DNA from: Microcoleus sp.
GTDB lineage: Bacteria > Cyanobacteriota > Cyanobacteriia > Cyanobacteriales > Microcoleaceae
Length of the DNA stretch: 64,000 nucleotides
Assembly (NCBI GenBank): GCA_052279835.1
Contig: CP181291.1
Location: 1,376,001 to 1,440,000 of the forward strand
Direction of reading: 5' to 3'
The translations under genes were made by a program, and so were the position numbers. Under the pieces are notes generated by a model. It was not told where the DNA came from and did not search any database. It saw only the letters and a list, made by a program, of their open reading frames with translations. Numbering within the stretch: the stretch's first letter is position 1; the number at the start of each line of letters is the position of its first letter. This document shows, piece by piece, positions 19,367 through 29,367 of this stretch.

Positions 19367-19438
19367 AGTTTTCTAGAGGATTGAGGTTGGCTATATCTAA
19401 TTTAACGCAGGGACTGAAAGCCAACAGGAGAGAAAATA

Positions 19439-20236
19439 TTATCCTTGCAAAGCAGCCAACAGACATAATAATAATGCCTCCGTCCACTCCACTACAGCAC
19501 CATAGGTATCACCAGTGTGACCGCCTAAACGGTGGTTAAACCAGGCTCCGGTCAAAATTCCGATCGCACTTCCCCCCAAAGCCATCCCCGCCGCCAACAG
19601 CCACCGATCGCCCTGCAAGACAACTTGCAACACACTCAAACTCAGCAGCAGGAAAACTCCAGGGATAAAATCAAAAGGAGAATAAATCGATTCCTTGTGA
19701 AAAGCTCCCTTACCCTCGGCCCGGAGATAGGGATAGCGGGCGATCGCCACCAACTGGCCCCACCGCCCCCAACCAGCCACACCCATCAAAGCCAGCCACC
19801 GATATTCATTCAAATCCGTCAGAGCAGCCGTTTTCAACAACAAGATTGCCACCGCAGCCATCGCCCCAAAGGCTCCTGTAACGCTGTCCCGCATCACCTC
19901 CAGCCGTCGCAGGGGGTCTGGTACAGCCAGGCCGTCCGCCGTGTCCATAGCCCCGTCTAGGTGCAACCCCCCAGTCAGAGCAATACCTAAAACTACTACC
20001 AAGGCCGATCGAGTCAAAGCAGGCATCCCCAACAACTGCAATCCCAGATCCGCCAGTCCCAGCATCCCCCCAACCAACAGCCCGATTGCTGGTGCAAAGC
20101 GAGCAATACCCCGAAACTCCAAAGTCCAAGAAATCGGGACTGGCAAACAAGTATAAAAAGCGACCGCAGCAGCTATTGCAGCCCCCAGATTCCGGAAAAA
20201 GTCGATCGTTGAGCGAACCAACTGATTGTGCACCAT
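19439..20236 (-). CDS. cobS: Adenosylcobinamide-GDP ribazoletransferase
   Basis: [25 protein letters not shown] and [13 protein letters not shown]. Start uncertain. Confidence 0.93.
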   Translation of the reverse strand: MVHNQLVRSTIDFFRNLGAAIAAAVAFYTCLPVPISWTLEFRGIARFAPAIGLLVGGMLGLADLGLQLLGMPALTRSALVVVLGIALTGGLHLDGAMDTADGLAVPDPLRRLEVMRDSVTGAFGAMAAVAILLLKTAALTDLNEYRWLALMGVAGWGRWGQLVAIARYPYLRAEGKGAFHKESIYSPFDFIPGVFLLLSLSVLQVVLQGDRWLLAAGMALGGSAIGILTGAWFNHRLGGHTGDTYGAVVEWTEALLLCLLAALQG

Positions 20237-20498
20237 AAAATAGAAATTTTTTCGCATTGTATGGAGTTGTGAATCCATTAGCGTATGCCAGAATTGGATC
20301 GGTAACACCCTTAGTTCCTTCGATCAGGCATTCATCCTGGCGACAGCTCTTTTCTTTAGAAAACTGCTACCGACAGCGCACCCGAAGAACTGCATCTACT
20401 GAAACTTAACTCAAGACAAGCGTTTCCTTTGTAGGAAAATCTAGTTAATTCTGTGATTTCCAACCAGGGGAACATACTACAACAGAGGCTTTTGCTCC

Positions 20499-20948
20499 AT
20501 GAGTAATGACCAATTAAACAACAGGGTGGCTGCTCCTTGCATCATCGATACAGGCATTGTCGTCAACAAGCGCGATATCCAAAGATTGCTCTTCGATTTA
20601 GGACGTGTCCGCTACCTACATATGCAGGACGGCAAGATTTACAGTCAAGGCGAAGGGTATGTCCGGGAAGTGTTCGTTAACCCCAATCGCTCTACTCTGA
20701 TCGCCAACCGGGCTATTTATTTGAATGTTGATAGTTTTGATTATCTGGAACTGAAAAACTCCCAGGAAGAAGGTGCTTATTTTGACCTGATTCAAGAGGG
20801 ACGACTGTTACGGTTAATTCCTCTCTCCAATCCTTTGCAAGAGCAACTCAGCCGGAATTTAAATGCTGCTGCTTTAGATGCAGTCGTGGATCAGGTACTC
20901 TCAGGGAGCTGGGATTATCAATTAGATGAAGACGATTCGCCGTTTTAA
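20499..20948 (+). CDS. Conserved cyanobacterial hypothetical protein
   Basis: APCIIDTGIVVNKRDIQRLL..LGRVRY; clean ORF with ATG. Confidence 0.75.
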   Translation: MSNDQLNNRVAAPCIIDTGIVVNKRDIQRLLFDLGRVRYLHMQDGKIYSQGEGYVREVFVNPNRSTLIANRAIYLNVDSFDYLELKNSQEEGAYFDLIQEGRLLRLIPLSNPLQEQLSRNLNAAALDAVVDQVLSGSWDYQLDEDDSPF

Positions 20949-21007
20949 AGGATCGTTGGCTAAGGCTAAGGTCAAAATTAGTTCGACTAAAGCTCAAGAA
21001 CGTTTAA

Positions 21008-22174
<1,167 letters not shown>

Positions 22175-22234
22175 TTGCCTTTGCTTAAGATATGCGACAA
22201 TTATGAAAAATCTGTTGGATAGGTAGGTTGATTC

Positions 22235-22372
22235 ATGGAAGCTGCATTACTTTTAGCGAAGCTGCCCGAAGCTTATGCGATCTTTGACCCTTTGATTAAT
22301 GTTTTGCCGGTGATTCCTGTGTTTTTCTTGTTGCTGGCTTTTGTTTGGCAAGCGGCTGTCGGATTCAGATAA
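22235..22372 (+). CDS. psbK: Photosystem II reaction center protein K (45 aa; not in ORF track)
   Basis: Translates [45 protein letters not shown]; follows tgt. Confidence 0.97.
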   Translation: MEAALLLAKLPEAYAIFDPLINVLPVIPVFFLLLAFVWQAAVGFR

Positions 22373-22385
22373 TTCTGGTTTTATT

Positions 22386-22421
22386 AAAAGCAGGGGCAAT
22401 TCCCCAATTGTCCCTGCTTTT
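22386..22421 (+). terminator. Bidirectional intrinsic terminator
   Basis: aaaagcaggggcaatt-ccc-caattgtccctgctttt between convergent psbK and GST. Confidence 0.8.
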
Positions 22422-22514
22422 AGCTGTTGAGTTTTTCGGTTGTTTTGGAATTATTTAACCGCACAGAGCGCAGAGAGAGCGCAGAGCAAGAGCCTAGAGG
22501 GATGAATGCTATGT

Positions 22515-23066
22515 TTAGCTGCCGATCGCCTTTTGGAATGCCGGTCTTTCTGCAATTCGCTTCATATAGTCTAAAAGCGCCGGATAAGCGCTGAGGTCTA
22601 GTTTTAGCATCATGGGAATGTAGTTTAAAATCGATCCCACTGCGGCGTCGGCTACACCGAATTCATCGCCCATCAAAAACTGCTGTTTCTCGAAGATGTG
22701 ATTGAGGGGTGTTAACAATTTGGGAGTTTCGCGATCGCGACTTGCTTCCACAAATATTCCCGGTCCTAGGGTAGCGTTAGCAAAGAGTACCCACTGCACG
22801 ACTTGAGCTTGTTGCTCCAAAGTCTCCGGCATTTTACCATATTTTTGAGCTAAATAGAGCAGAATTGCCCCTGATTCCCAAAGTTTAAAATCTCCATCGG
22901 CGATCGCCGGTACTTTGCCCATCGGGTTAATTTCGAGAAAATCTGGCTCCAAGTGTGCTCCTGCTTGCATATCCAGCATCACGAATTCATAGGGCACGCC
23001 TATTTCTTCCAGATACCACTTGATAATTGAGGCCCTGCTGCGAGCTCCACCGTAAAGTTTCAGCAC
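22515..23066 (-). CDS. Glutathione S-transferase family protein
   Basis: INPMGKVPAI and LWESGAILLYL. Confidence 0.93.
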   Translation of the reverse strand: MLKLYGGARSRASIIKWYLEEIGVPYEFVMLDMQAGAHLEPDFLEINPMGKVPAIADGDFKLWESGAILLYLAQKYGKMPETLEQQAQVVQWVLFANATLGPGIFVEASRDRETPKLLTPLNHIFEKQQFLMGDEFGVADAAVGSILNYIPMMLKLDLSAYPALLDYMKRIAERPAFQKAIGS

Positions 23067-23123
23067 CGTTTTTTTCCTTTAACGAAATCTGATTTATTTT
23101 AGCATTTAACAAATTACCAATAA

Positions 23124-23702
23124 CTAATAACCAATAACAGGCAATTCCGTCAAGTGTACAAATAAGATTCTGCTACCAATAAAAATCAAAATCGCTCCGC
23201 CCAACATCTCTATTTTATTTGCAAACAAATTTCCACACTTGTGTCCAATAAACACACCAGCAAACGCCAAAAAGAAAGTAATGAATCCTATGGCAGTCAC
23301 CGCAGGAGCAATAGAATCTTTCAGAACAGCAAAGCCAATCCCCACGGCTAAAGCATCTATACTTGTCGCCACCGATAGTCCGATTAAAGTACCCGTATCC
23401 AGGGGATTAAATTTCTTTTCTTCTCCGTCATTTTGTAGAGATTCATAAATCATTCTACCGCCAATGAAACTCAACAAGCCGAAAGCTATCCAATGGTCTA
23501 TTGCCGAAATTAAAAAGCTGAAACTCAGACCAATAAACCATCCGATTACTGGCATCAAAGCTTGAAAACCACCGAAAAATAAAGCAATTTTTAAAGCTTT
23601 ATTGACTTTCATGTGTTTAATTGCTAAACCGCTGGAAACTGACACAGCAAAAGCATCTGCTGCTAGTCCCAAGGAAAGTAAGACGGTAGTGGCTACATCC
23701 AT
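23124..23702 (-). CDS. mntP: Manganese efflux pump MntP family
   Basis: GLAADAFAVS, FGGFQALMP, IDHWIAF and ATSIDALAVG. Start MDVATT. Confidence 0.9.
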   Translation of the reverse strand: MDVATTVLLSLGLAADAFAVSVSSGLAIKHMKVNKALKIALFFGGFQALMPVIGWFIGLSFSFLISAIDHWIAFGLLSFIGGRMIYESLQNDGEEKKFNPLDTGTLIGLSVATSIDALAVGIGFAVLKDSIAPAVTAIGFITFFLAFAGVFIGHKCGNLFANKIEMLGGAILIFIGSRILFVHLTELPVIGY

Positions 23703-23859
23703 TTCTGTAATTTTTTTATCTGATGGGTAAACTATTAGACTTCTCCATAACAGCAAGTCTTCAACACGCAGGCGATGCGTGGTCCACAATAATTATGGGA
23801 GAGGTCTCTTGCTCTTAGTCTTTAAGTTTACACTAAGTTATCGTTAAGTTAGATATTTA

Positions 23860-23936
23860 TCATAATCACTTCATTTTTAAATCATATTTTTTTCATAATT
23901 GGCTGGCTTGAAAAATGTCGTACTAAGCTGTATTAT
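23860..23936. promoter_or_regulatory. Four 11-bp-phased TCAT repeats plus sigma70-like promoter
   Basis: TCAT at 23860, 23871, 23882 and 23893; TTGAAA(23908)-N17-TATTAT(23931) upstream of the cytochrome b gene. Confidence 0.6.
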
Positions 23937-23960
23937 AGGAAGACTTATCAACTAGCAGAA

Positions 23961-24518
23961 TTGATGATGCCGGAATCTAAACCATACCAGCCACTGCTAC
24001 TGAGATTACTGCACGGGGTTAATGCTGCGATCGCCTTGGGAGCAATCATCACCGCCTTCTGGGTGTACAACACCTATGACGGGCGGTTCGGCAAAGTACC
24101 ACTACCTCAAATTCCAGATATTATCGGCATTCATGGGACTTTTGGTAAGCTGTTAATTTTAGGGATCGTGCCCGGTTTTGCTTTATACAGTTTCCACAGA
24201 GGTCAAAAACGCTTGATACAGCCGGATTCTTTGGGGAAATTGACACAATTCGGAAAACCAATTTGGTGGTACACTTTGCATCGGATTGTGAATACGCTGA
24301 TGTTGGTGGCCCTGAGTTTTTCGATCGCCTCTGGGAGTATGGTTAAGGAAGAATGGCTACCGGCAGGAGAATTGACACAGGTTTGGTATTATTTGCACGC
24401 TTCTGGATGGATCGTATTAGTATTGTGTCTGGCAATGCACTTGTTGATGAGTGCCAAGGTGGGGGGATTATCATTAATTTTGTCGATGTTTGATTTTAAA
24501 AACCAGAAGGATAGCTAA
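23961..24518 (+). CDS. Cytochrome b/b6-like (Ni/Fe-hydrogenase b-type) membrane protein
   Basis: Four TM segments with His residues (RLLHG, GIHG, YLHA, MHL). Confidence 0.8.
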   Translation: MMMPESKPYQPLLLRLLHGVNAAIALGAIITAFWVYNTYDGRFGKVPLPQIPDIIGIHGTFGKLLILGIVPGFALYSFHRGQKRLIQPDSLGKLTQFGKPIWWYTLHRIVNTLMLVALSFSIASGSMVKEEWLPAGELTQVWYYLHASGWIVLVLCLAMHLLMSAKVGGLSLILSMFDFKNQKDS

Positions 24519-24690
24519 ACCCCGATCGCATTTTACTTTTAATTAGAGCAACCAATCTTATGCCCATTATGCCCAAAAATACGATCCTAATCTTGGTGGA
24601 AATTGTGGTGATGGGAGGTTGGCTGTTTGCATTGGTTGCACCGTTGTTATTTCCCTAAACCGAAATTTAACGGCTAACACCAAATCAGGC

Positions 24691-27090
24691 TTATAGGATT
24701 GGTAATTCCACCACAAAATCCACACCACCTGCATTTTGAGACTCGAAGGGAAATTCAAACGGAGATTCCACCCAAAGACGCCCGCCGTGAACTTCAGCAA
24801 TAATTTTATTGCCCAGGGACAGCCCCAAGCCTGTAAATTCGGTAAAAGACTTAGTAGTGAAAAATGGGTCAAATATTCGGCGTTGAATTTCGGGCGGAAT
24901 GCTGGGGCCGTTGTTGGCGATCGATACCGCAATAAATCTGCCTTCTGGATACTCGACTACCTCGGTTTTAACTATAATAATTTGCTCTTGATTGTCGCTG
25001 GTATTCATAGCATCAATAGCATTGCTAATAATACTGGCAAAAACTTGATTTATTTGACCACCATAACACAGCACCAACGGGATATTATTGTACTGCTTAA
25101 CTATAGATATTTTGTTGTCCAGCCGAGAGGCAAACAATACTAGAATATAGTCGATTCCTTCCTGTAAATTGACGTAGGTTTTCTCGGAGTCGTCAGGGGT
25201 AGAAAATTTCTGTAAAGCCAACATAGTGTCGCGAATGCGTCCCGATGCTATTTTTAAGGTATTGATAATTTGTGGCAAATCTTGGCTCACAAAATCTAAG
25301 TCTATTTTTTCTTTTTCTTCCTCAATTTCTCGCACTGATTCTGGATATTTTTCGGAATATAGTTGAATGATTCTGAACAAATCTTGCAGATAATCATTGA
25401 TGTGGAGTAAGTGACCATAAATAAAGTTAATCGGGTTGTTAATTTCCCGCGCAATTCCGGCAGTTAGTTTGCCTAAAATTGTGATTTTTTCCCTTTGCAC
25501 CAAGTGTGATTCGGTTCTTCTGAGTTGGGTTAATACTTCTTCCAATAGCTTGAGTTGTTCTTGAATTTGTCCCTGGCGTTGAGATTGGGAAATGGCGATC
25601 GCCAGAGAGTCTGCAATGGCTTCCAAAAGTTCCACCTCGTCGGGAGTACCAAATTGCCACTGACTACAAGCGAAAAGATACCCCAGGCGATTAGTCTGGG
25701 TGAGCACAGGTACTGCTGCGTACTGACTGTTTTTGAGTCTCAGGTGCTGCGATTCGTGAGATACTAAAGTATCGATATCTGTGACTTTCCTGAGCGTTAC
25801 CGACTCCCCACGTTGGAGTCTGGCGGCTAAATCTCCAGAGGGCCCGGATTCGGCACCAAATACTCCCAATCGGGATGATAAACCTTCTCGGTAATATTCC
25901 GAGCAGAATTCTAACCTGTCTTTTCGGGGATCGTACCAGCCGAAAATTGTGCGATCGAGATCTAGTATACTTCCGAGTTCCTCAACGGTGGTTTTGAGGA
26001 TGCGATCGACATCCAAGGAAGCGCGAGTGCGACTTGTCAAGCGATGGAGGAGAGCTTCTGTGCGAGTGTGGAGGCGATCTTTTGCAAACAATTTTAGTGC
26101 CACAATTGCTGCCATAATAGTTGTGGCTAAAAGTGCGGTGGTGACGGCTGCTAATATATTTAATGGGTACAGTTCTTTTTCGAGGTTTTCTTGGGGAATT
26201 ACTAGGGCGATCGACCATTCCGCCTGTTCTAAAGGAAGATAAACTACATAAACTTTAGCATCGTTAATTTTAGTCAAGGAAATGCCAGTTTTTTGATAAA
26301 CCATCTCTCGGACTATGCTCACCAAATTAGCATCTTTGGAGTCTAATAAACTCCTAGCAGGGAAGTCTGTATTTCCGATTAATCTGGCGTCGGGATGAAC
26401 AATCGGTACTCCTTGAGAATTGAGGACAAAAGCGTAGGTTCCGGCTCCATATTCCAGCTTTCCTACTACTTGGGCTAATCGTTGAATTTTGATGACACCA
26501 TTCATAACTCCGATCGGCTTTTCAATGGTGCGAGAAGTGGGATCGCCTACCTTTGGCCGCACCGGAGCAGAAATGGGAATAATTTGTTGTTTTAGCGTGC
26601 GAGAAATAGTAGGATCGGAAACGTATACTTCCCCAGCCATGGCTTTTTGAAAGTGTCGGCGATCGCTGACATTAGGTGCTGCTCTCCCGACTTTTGTAGT
26701 GAAGTAAGAGCCATCCGGCTCAATTAACGCAAAATGCTCAAATTCTGGCAGTCGATTTACTTCAGATTTTAAATAGGGTTCTGCCACCAACCAATTCATT
26801 GAACGAACGGGGGGAGTGTTAGCAAGAATTTCTATTTCAGCTTTTCTAGTTTCTATCCACCGATCGATTTTATTACTCCGATTTCTTACTTCTAACAAAG
26901 CATTTTGCTCTAAATTTTTGATAATTAAGCGTCTGACACTTTGATAACTCATATAACCAGCGATACTGGCTGCTATAGTCCCCCCTAATATTAGCAGCGC
27001 TGCGATGTATCGAAGACGGTATCCACGGCTAAATCGTGCTGGTAATAGTCGATATAATTTCCAGCACTGCTCTTTCGCAAAGCTTCGCAT
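24691..27090 (-). CDS. dCache-GAF sensor histidine kinase-like protein with degenerate H-box
   Basis: TM-Cache (DRRHFQKA..YVSDP)-TM-GAF-HisKA-HATPase. The H-box reads AGIAREINNP. Confidence 0.88.
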   Translation of the reverse strand: MRSFAKEQCWKLYRLLPARFSRGYRLRYIAALLILGGTIAASIAGYMSYQSVRRLIIKNLEQNALLEVRNRSNKIDRWIETRKAEIEILANTPPVRSMNWLVAEPYLKSEVNRLPEFEHFALIEPDGSYFTTKVGRAAPNVSDRRHFQKAMAGEVYVSDPTISRTLKQQIIPISAPVRPKVGDPTSRTIEKPIGVMNGVIKIQRLAQVVGKLEYGAGTYAFVLNSQGVPIVHPDARLIGNTDFPARSLLDSKDANLVSIVREMVYQKTGISLTKINDAKVYVVYLPLEQAEWSIALVIPQENLEKELYPLNILAAVTTALLATTIMAAIVALKLFAKDRLHTRTEALLHRLTSRTRASLDVDRILKTTVEELGSILDLDRTIFGWYDPRKDRLEFCSEYYREGLSSRLGVFGAESGPSGDLAARLQRGESVTLRKVTDIDTLVSHESQHLRLKNSQYAAVPVLTQTNRLGYLFACSQWQFGTPDEVELLEAIADSLAIAISQSQRQGQIQEQLKLLEEVLTQLRRTESHLVQREKITILGKLTAGIAREINNPINFIYGHLLHINDYLQDLFRIIQLYSEKYPESVREIEEEKEKIDLDFVSQDLPQIINTLKIASGRIRDTMLALQKFSTPDDSEKTYVNLQEGIDYILVLFASRLDNKISIVKQYNNIPLVLCYGGQINQVFASIISNAIDAMNTSDNQEQIIIVKTEVVEYPEGRFIAVSIANNGPSIPPEIQRRIFDPFFTTKSFTEFTGLGLSLGNKIIAEVHGGRLWVESPFEFPFESQNAGGVDFVVELPIL

Positions 27091-27343
27091 AGTTTGACCA
27101 ATTTGTAAGATTGAAATCTTAGCTCACCTGCGATGCACCCTGAGCCTGCAAGCAGTTTGACACTACTAGCATTTAATAATTGCGGGTTGAAAATTTCCCC
27201 CGCTGGTAAGCTCACCCTGTTAAACAGGAATTATACCATTTTATGTTTTAAATTTTAATTTTTATATTAAAAAATCCTAGTCGATCGGTGTTTTTTTTCC
27301 AGCTAAAAAGATGCAACGAATCAGATGATAAGTCACATCTTCG

Positions 27344-27465
27344 GGGAGCATCCCGATTTTGCATAGGTTAAGGATGACCGCTGTAAATCTCTGGTGATAA
27401 CTAATAAATAGTCTGGTGTCATGCTATAGCCAATACGAATATACTTGCAAAATAGAGATGCACCC
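27344..27465. mobile_element. 122-bp MITE
   Basis: TIRs gggagcatcccgattttgca / tgcaaaatagagatgcaccc, flanked by near-identical 8-bp catcttcg / catattcg. Confidence 0.8.
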
Positions 27466-27529
27466 CATATTCGCGGCTGGTCTATCCACTACATCCCTTA
27501 GCAAAAGCGATAGTCAAAGATTATTTATT

Positions 27530-27994
27530 TTAAAGAACTTTGTGAGTGTGTTCGTGTTGTTTTACATTGTCTTCAGTGCGAACAACGCGCTGGGTATTGA
27601 GAACTCTTTTGCGATCGAGGGAATAGGAAAAGTCGCTACGAACTGTTCCCAAGGGGATGTGAGATTGAGCTTGGGGGCGGATTTTGTAAGTGCGGGCGGC
27701 GGCGATCGCCCGAAAGCCAAATTCTTCGCAAAACTGAGCCGATGTGGGGAATTCTGGCAGCATAGTGGGTGATTCGCCGTCGAGCACTGCTCCCAAAGTT
27801 GTCCCCCAAGCCCTTTGATAGGAGGTGGGAATTCCCTTGACAATTGCCTCCAAAGCTGCTGAGGGGATGGCTTCAATTACTTGTACTTCGAGAACTTCAC
27901 CTTCTTCTTTGACAAAGCAGGTGGCCAAACCCACTACCACGTAGTCGTCGGTAGATAAATCGGGAGCGTTGGGATAAACTGTTGCAGTCGCCAT
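27530..27994 (-). CDS. Conserved cyanobacterial hypothetical protein
   Basis: DDYVVVGLATCF, IPTSY and DNVKQHEHTHKVL. Start MATATV. Confidence 0.8.
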   Translation of the reverse strand: MATATVYPNAPDLSTDDYVVVGLATCFVKEEGEVLEVQVIEAIPSAALEAIVKGIPTSYQRAWGTTLGAVLDGESPTMLPEFPTSAQFCEEFGFRAIAAARTYKIRPQAQSHIPLGTVRSDFSYSLDRKRVLNTQRVVRTEDNVKQHEHTHKVL

Positions 27995-28080
27995 AAAAAT
28001 CTTGTGAGTAGGAGTTAAAAACCTGGAGCGAAGGTCAAACCGCTGAGAGTGGATCAGACCTGTGTGTTGATAGTACCACA

Positions 28081-28641
28081 TCAAGCTAGATGCCGGATAA
28101 TTCGGCATGGATTCCCCCCAGCTACGACGTTTGCAGGGATATTTTTAACCACCACACTGCCTGCACCGATCGTGCTACCATCGCCGATAGTGACTCCGGG
28201 GCAAACGATACTACCGCCACCAATCCACACATTATTGCCAATATGAATCTCACTAGCCAGTTCAGAGCCAGAAAGTCTAATTTCCGGGTCAGTGGGGTGG
28301 AAAGCAGTGTAAATTTGCACTTGTGGGCCACACAGTAAATTTTCGCCGATGTTAACTCGATTGCAATCGAGAATCACGCAACCAAAATTCATATATAAGC
28401 CATTTCCAGCATAAATATTACTGCCGTAGTCGCAGTAGAAAGGGGGCTCAATTTTAACTTTCTCGCCGAGGGCACCAAATAATTCGGCGAGAATTTGTAA
28501 GCGTTGGGATGTTTCGTCTTCGCGGGTAGCATTGTAAAGTCTGGTGAGACGGCGAGCTCGCTGGCGCTCACGAGTCAATTCCGCATCATCCGCTAGATAC
28601 AACTCGCCAGCTAGCATTTTCTGTTTTTCGGTTTTTGACAT
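28081..28641 (-). CDS. maa: Sugar (maltose/galactoside) O-acetyltransferase
   Basis: EKQKMLAGELY, PPFYCDYGSNI, hexapeptide repeats and GNPCR. Confidence 0.92.
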   Translation of the reverse strand: MSKTEKQKMLAGELYLADDAELTRERQRARRLTRLYNATREDETSQRLQILAELFGALGEKVKIEPPFYCDYGSNIYAGNGLYMNFGCVILDCNRVNIGENLLCGPQVQIYTAFHPTDPEIRLSGSELASEIHIGNNVWIGGGSIVCPGVTIGDGSTIGAGSVVVKNIPANVVAGGNPCRIIRHLA

Positions 28642-28662
28642 CGGATTTATGGCTTTTTCAAA

Positions 28663-29331
28663 TCAAGGTTTTGATTGCAAACAAACAGCTAAATCTAAAT
28701 TGGCTAATTGTTCAAAAGCTCGATCGATCGATCCTGTTCCCCTCAAAAAACCTGTGTTCCCACCAGGACAAATATACTGTAAAGTTTCCGGCGAAAAGCG
28801 ATCGATAATGGACTTGACGCTGTTAATTTGTCGGGGCCAGTGAAAAGTTTTTGCCGTTCTCTGCGGTTCCGGTGCACCTTCTCGATTTGGGAGCAAGTGT
28901 CTGCCCGAAAACAGAACTCCGCCACTGCGAGTATCATAAAGACAGGACGAACCGGGAGAATGACCGGGAGTCCAAAATACAAAAGTTCGATCGCTCAGAG
29001 CAAATTCTCGCTCAAAAGCTGTCACTTGCAATCCCGGTAGCAAATAAGCTTCCTGCTCTTGAATCAGGATTTCGCAGCCTGTGGCTTCCTGAATCTCCCG
29101 CACCTTACCCATAGCGCCCCGGTGAGTCAGAAACAACAACCGGACACCGCCATATTCACGTAAAAATGTTTGGTTAATCTCATCCCAAGCCGGACAATCT
29201 ACTAGAATGTTAGTTTGGTTTTCTACAATGAAGTAAGCTGTCCCACCAAGGGTTTCCCGGTTAGGTGGAAAAGCAAAGATATTGTCGAGCACGGGTTTTG
29301 GTTGTTTAGAAGCTAAAGTCTGTTGTTTCAA
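28663..29331 (-). CDS. MBL-fold metallo-hydrolase-like protein
   Basis: NILVDCP, FLTHR and WTPGHSPGS; metal motif degenerate. Confidence 0.8.
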   Translation of the reverse strand: MKQQTLASKQPKPVLDNIFAFPPNRETLGGTAYFIVENQTNILVDCPAWDEINQTFLREYGGVRLLFLTHRGAMGKVREIQEATGCEILIQEQEAYLLPGLQVTAFEREFALSDRTFVFWTPGHSPGSSCLYDTRSGGVLFSGRHLLPNREGAPEPQRTAKTFHWPRQINSVKSIIDRFSPETLQYICPGGNTGFLRGTGSIDRAFEQLANLDLAVCLQSKP

Positions 29332-29367
29332 GGAAGTATCATAGTTAATGTGTCTGGAATTAATATT

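Noticed and set aside
20237..20498. Cobalamin riboswitch upstream of cobS
   Set aside because: No B12-box or GGGAA core recognised on either strand.
23703..23960. Canonical yybP-ykoY Mn riboswitch
   Set aside because: Only a GCAAGAGACC-like piece is present; the GGGGAGTAG and CAATA-loop elements were not found.
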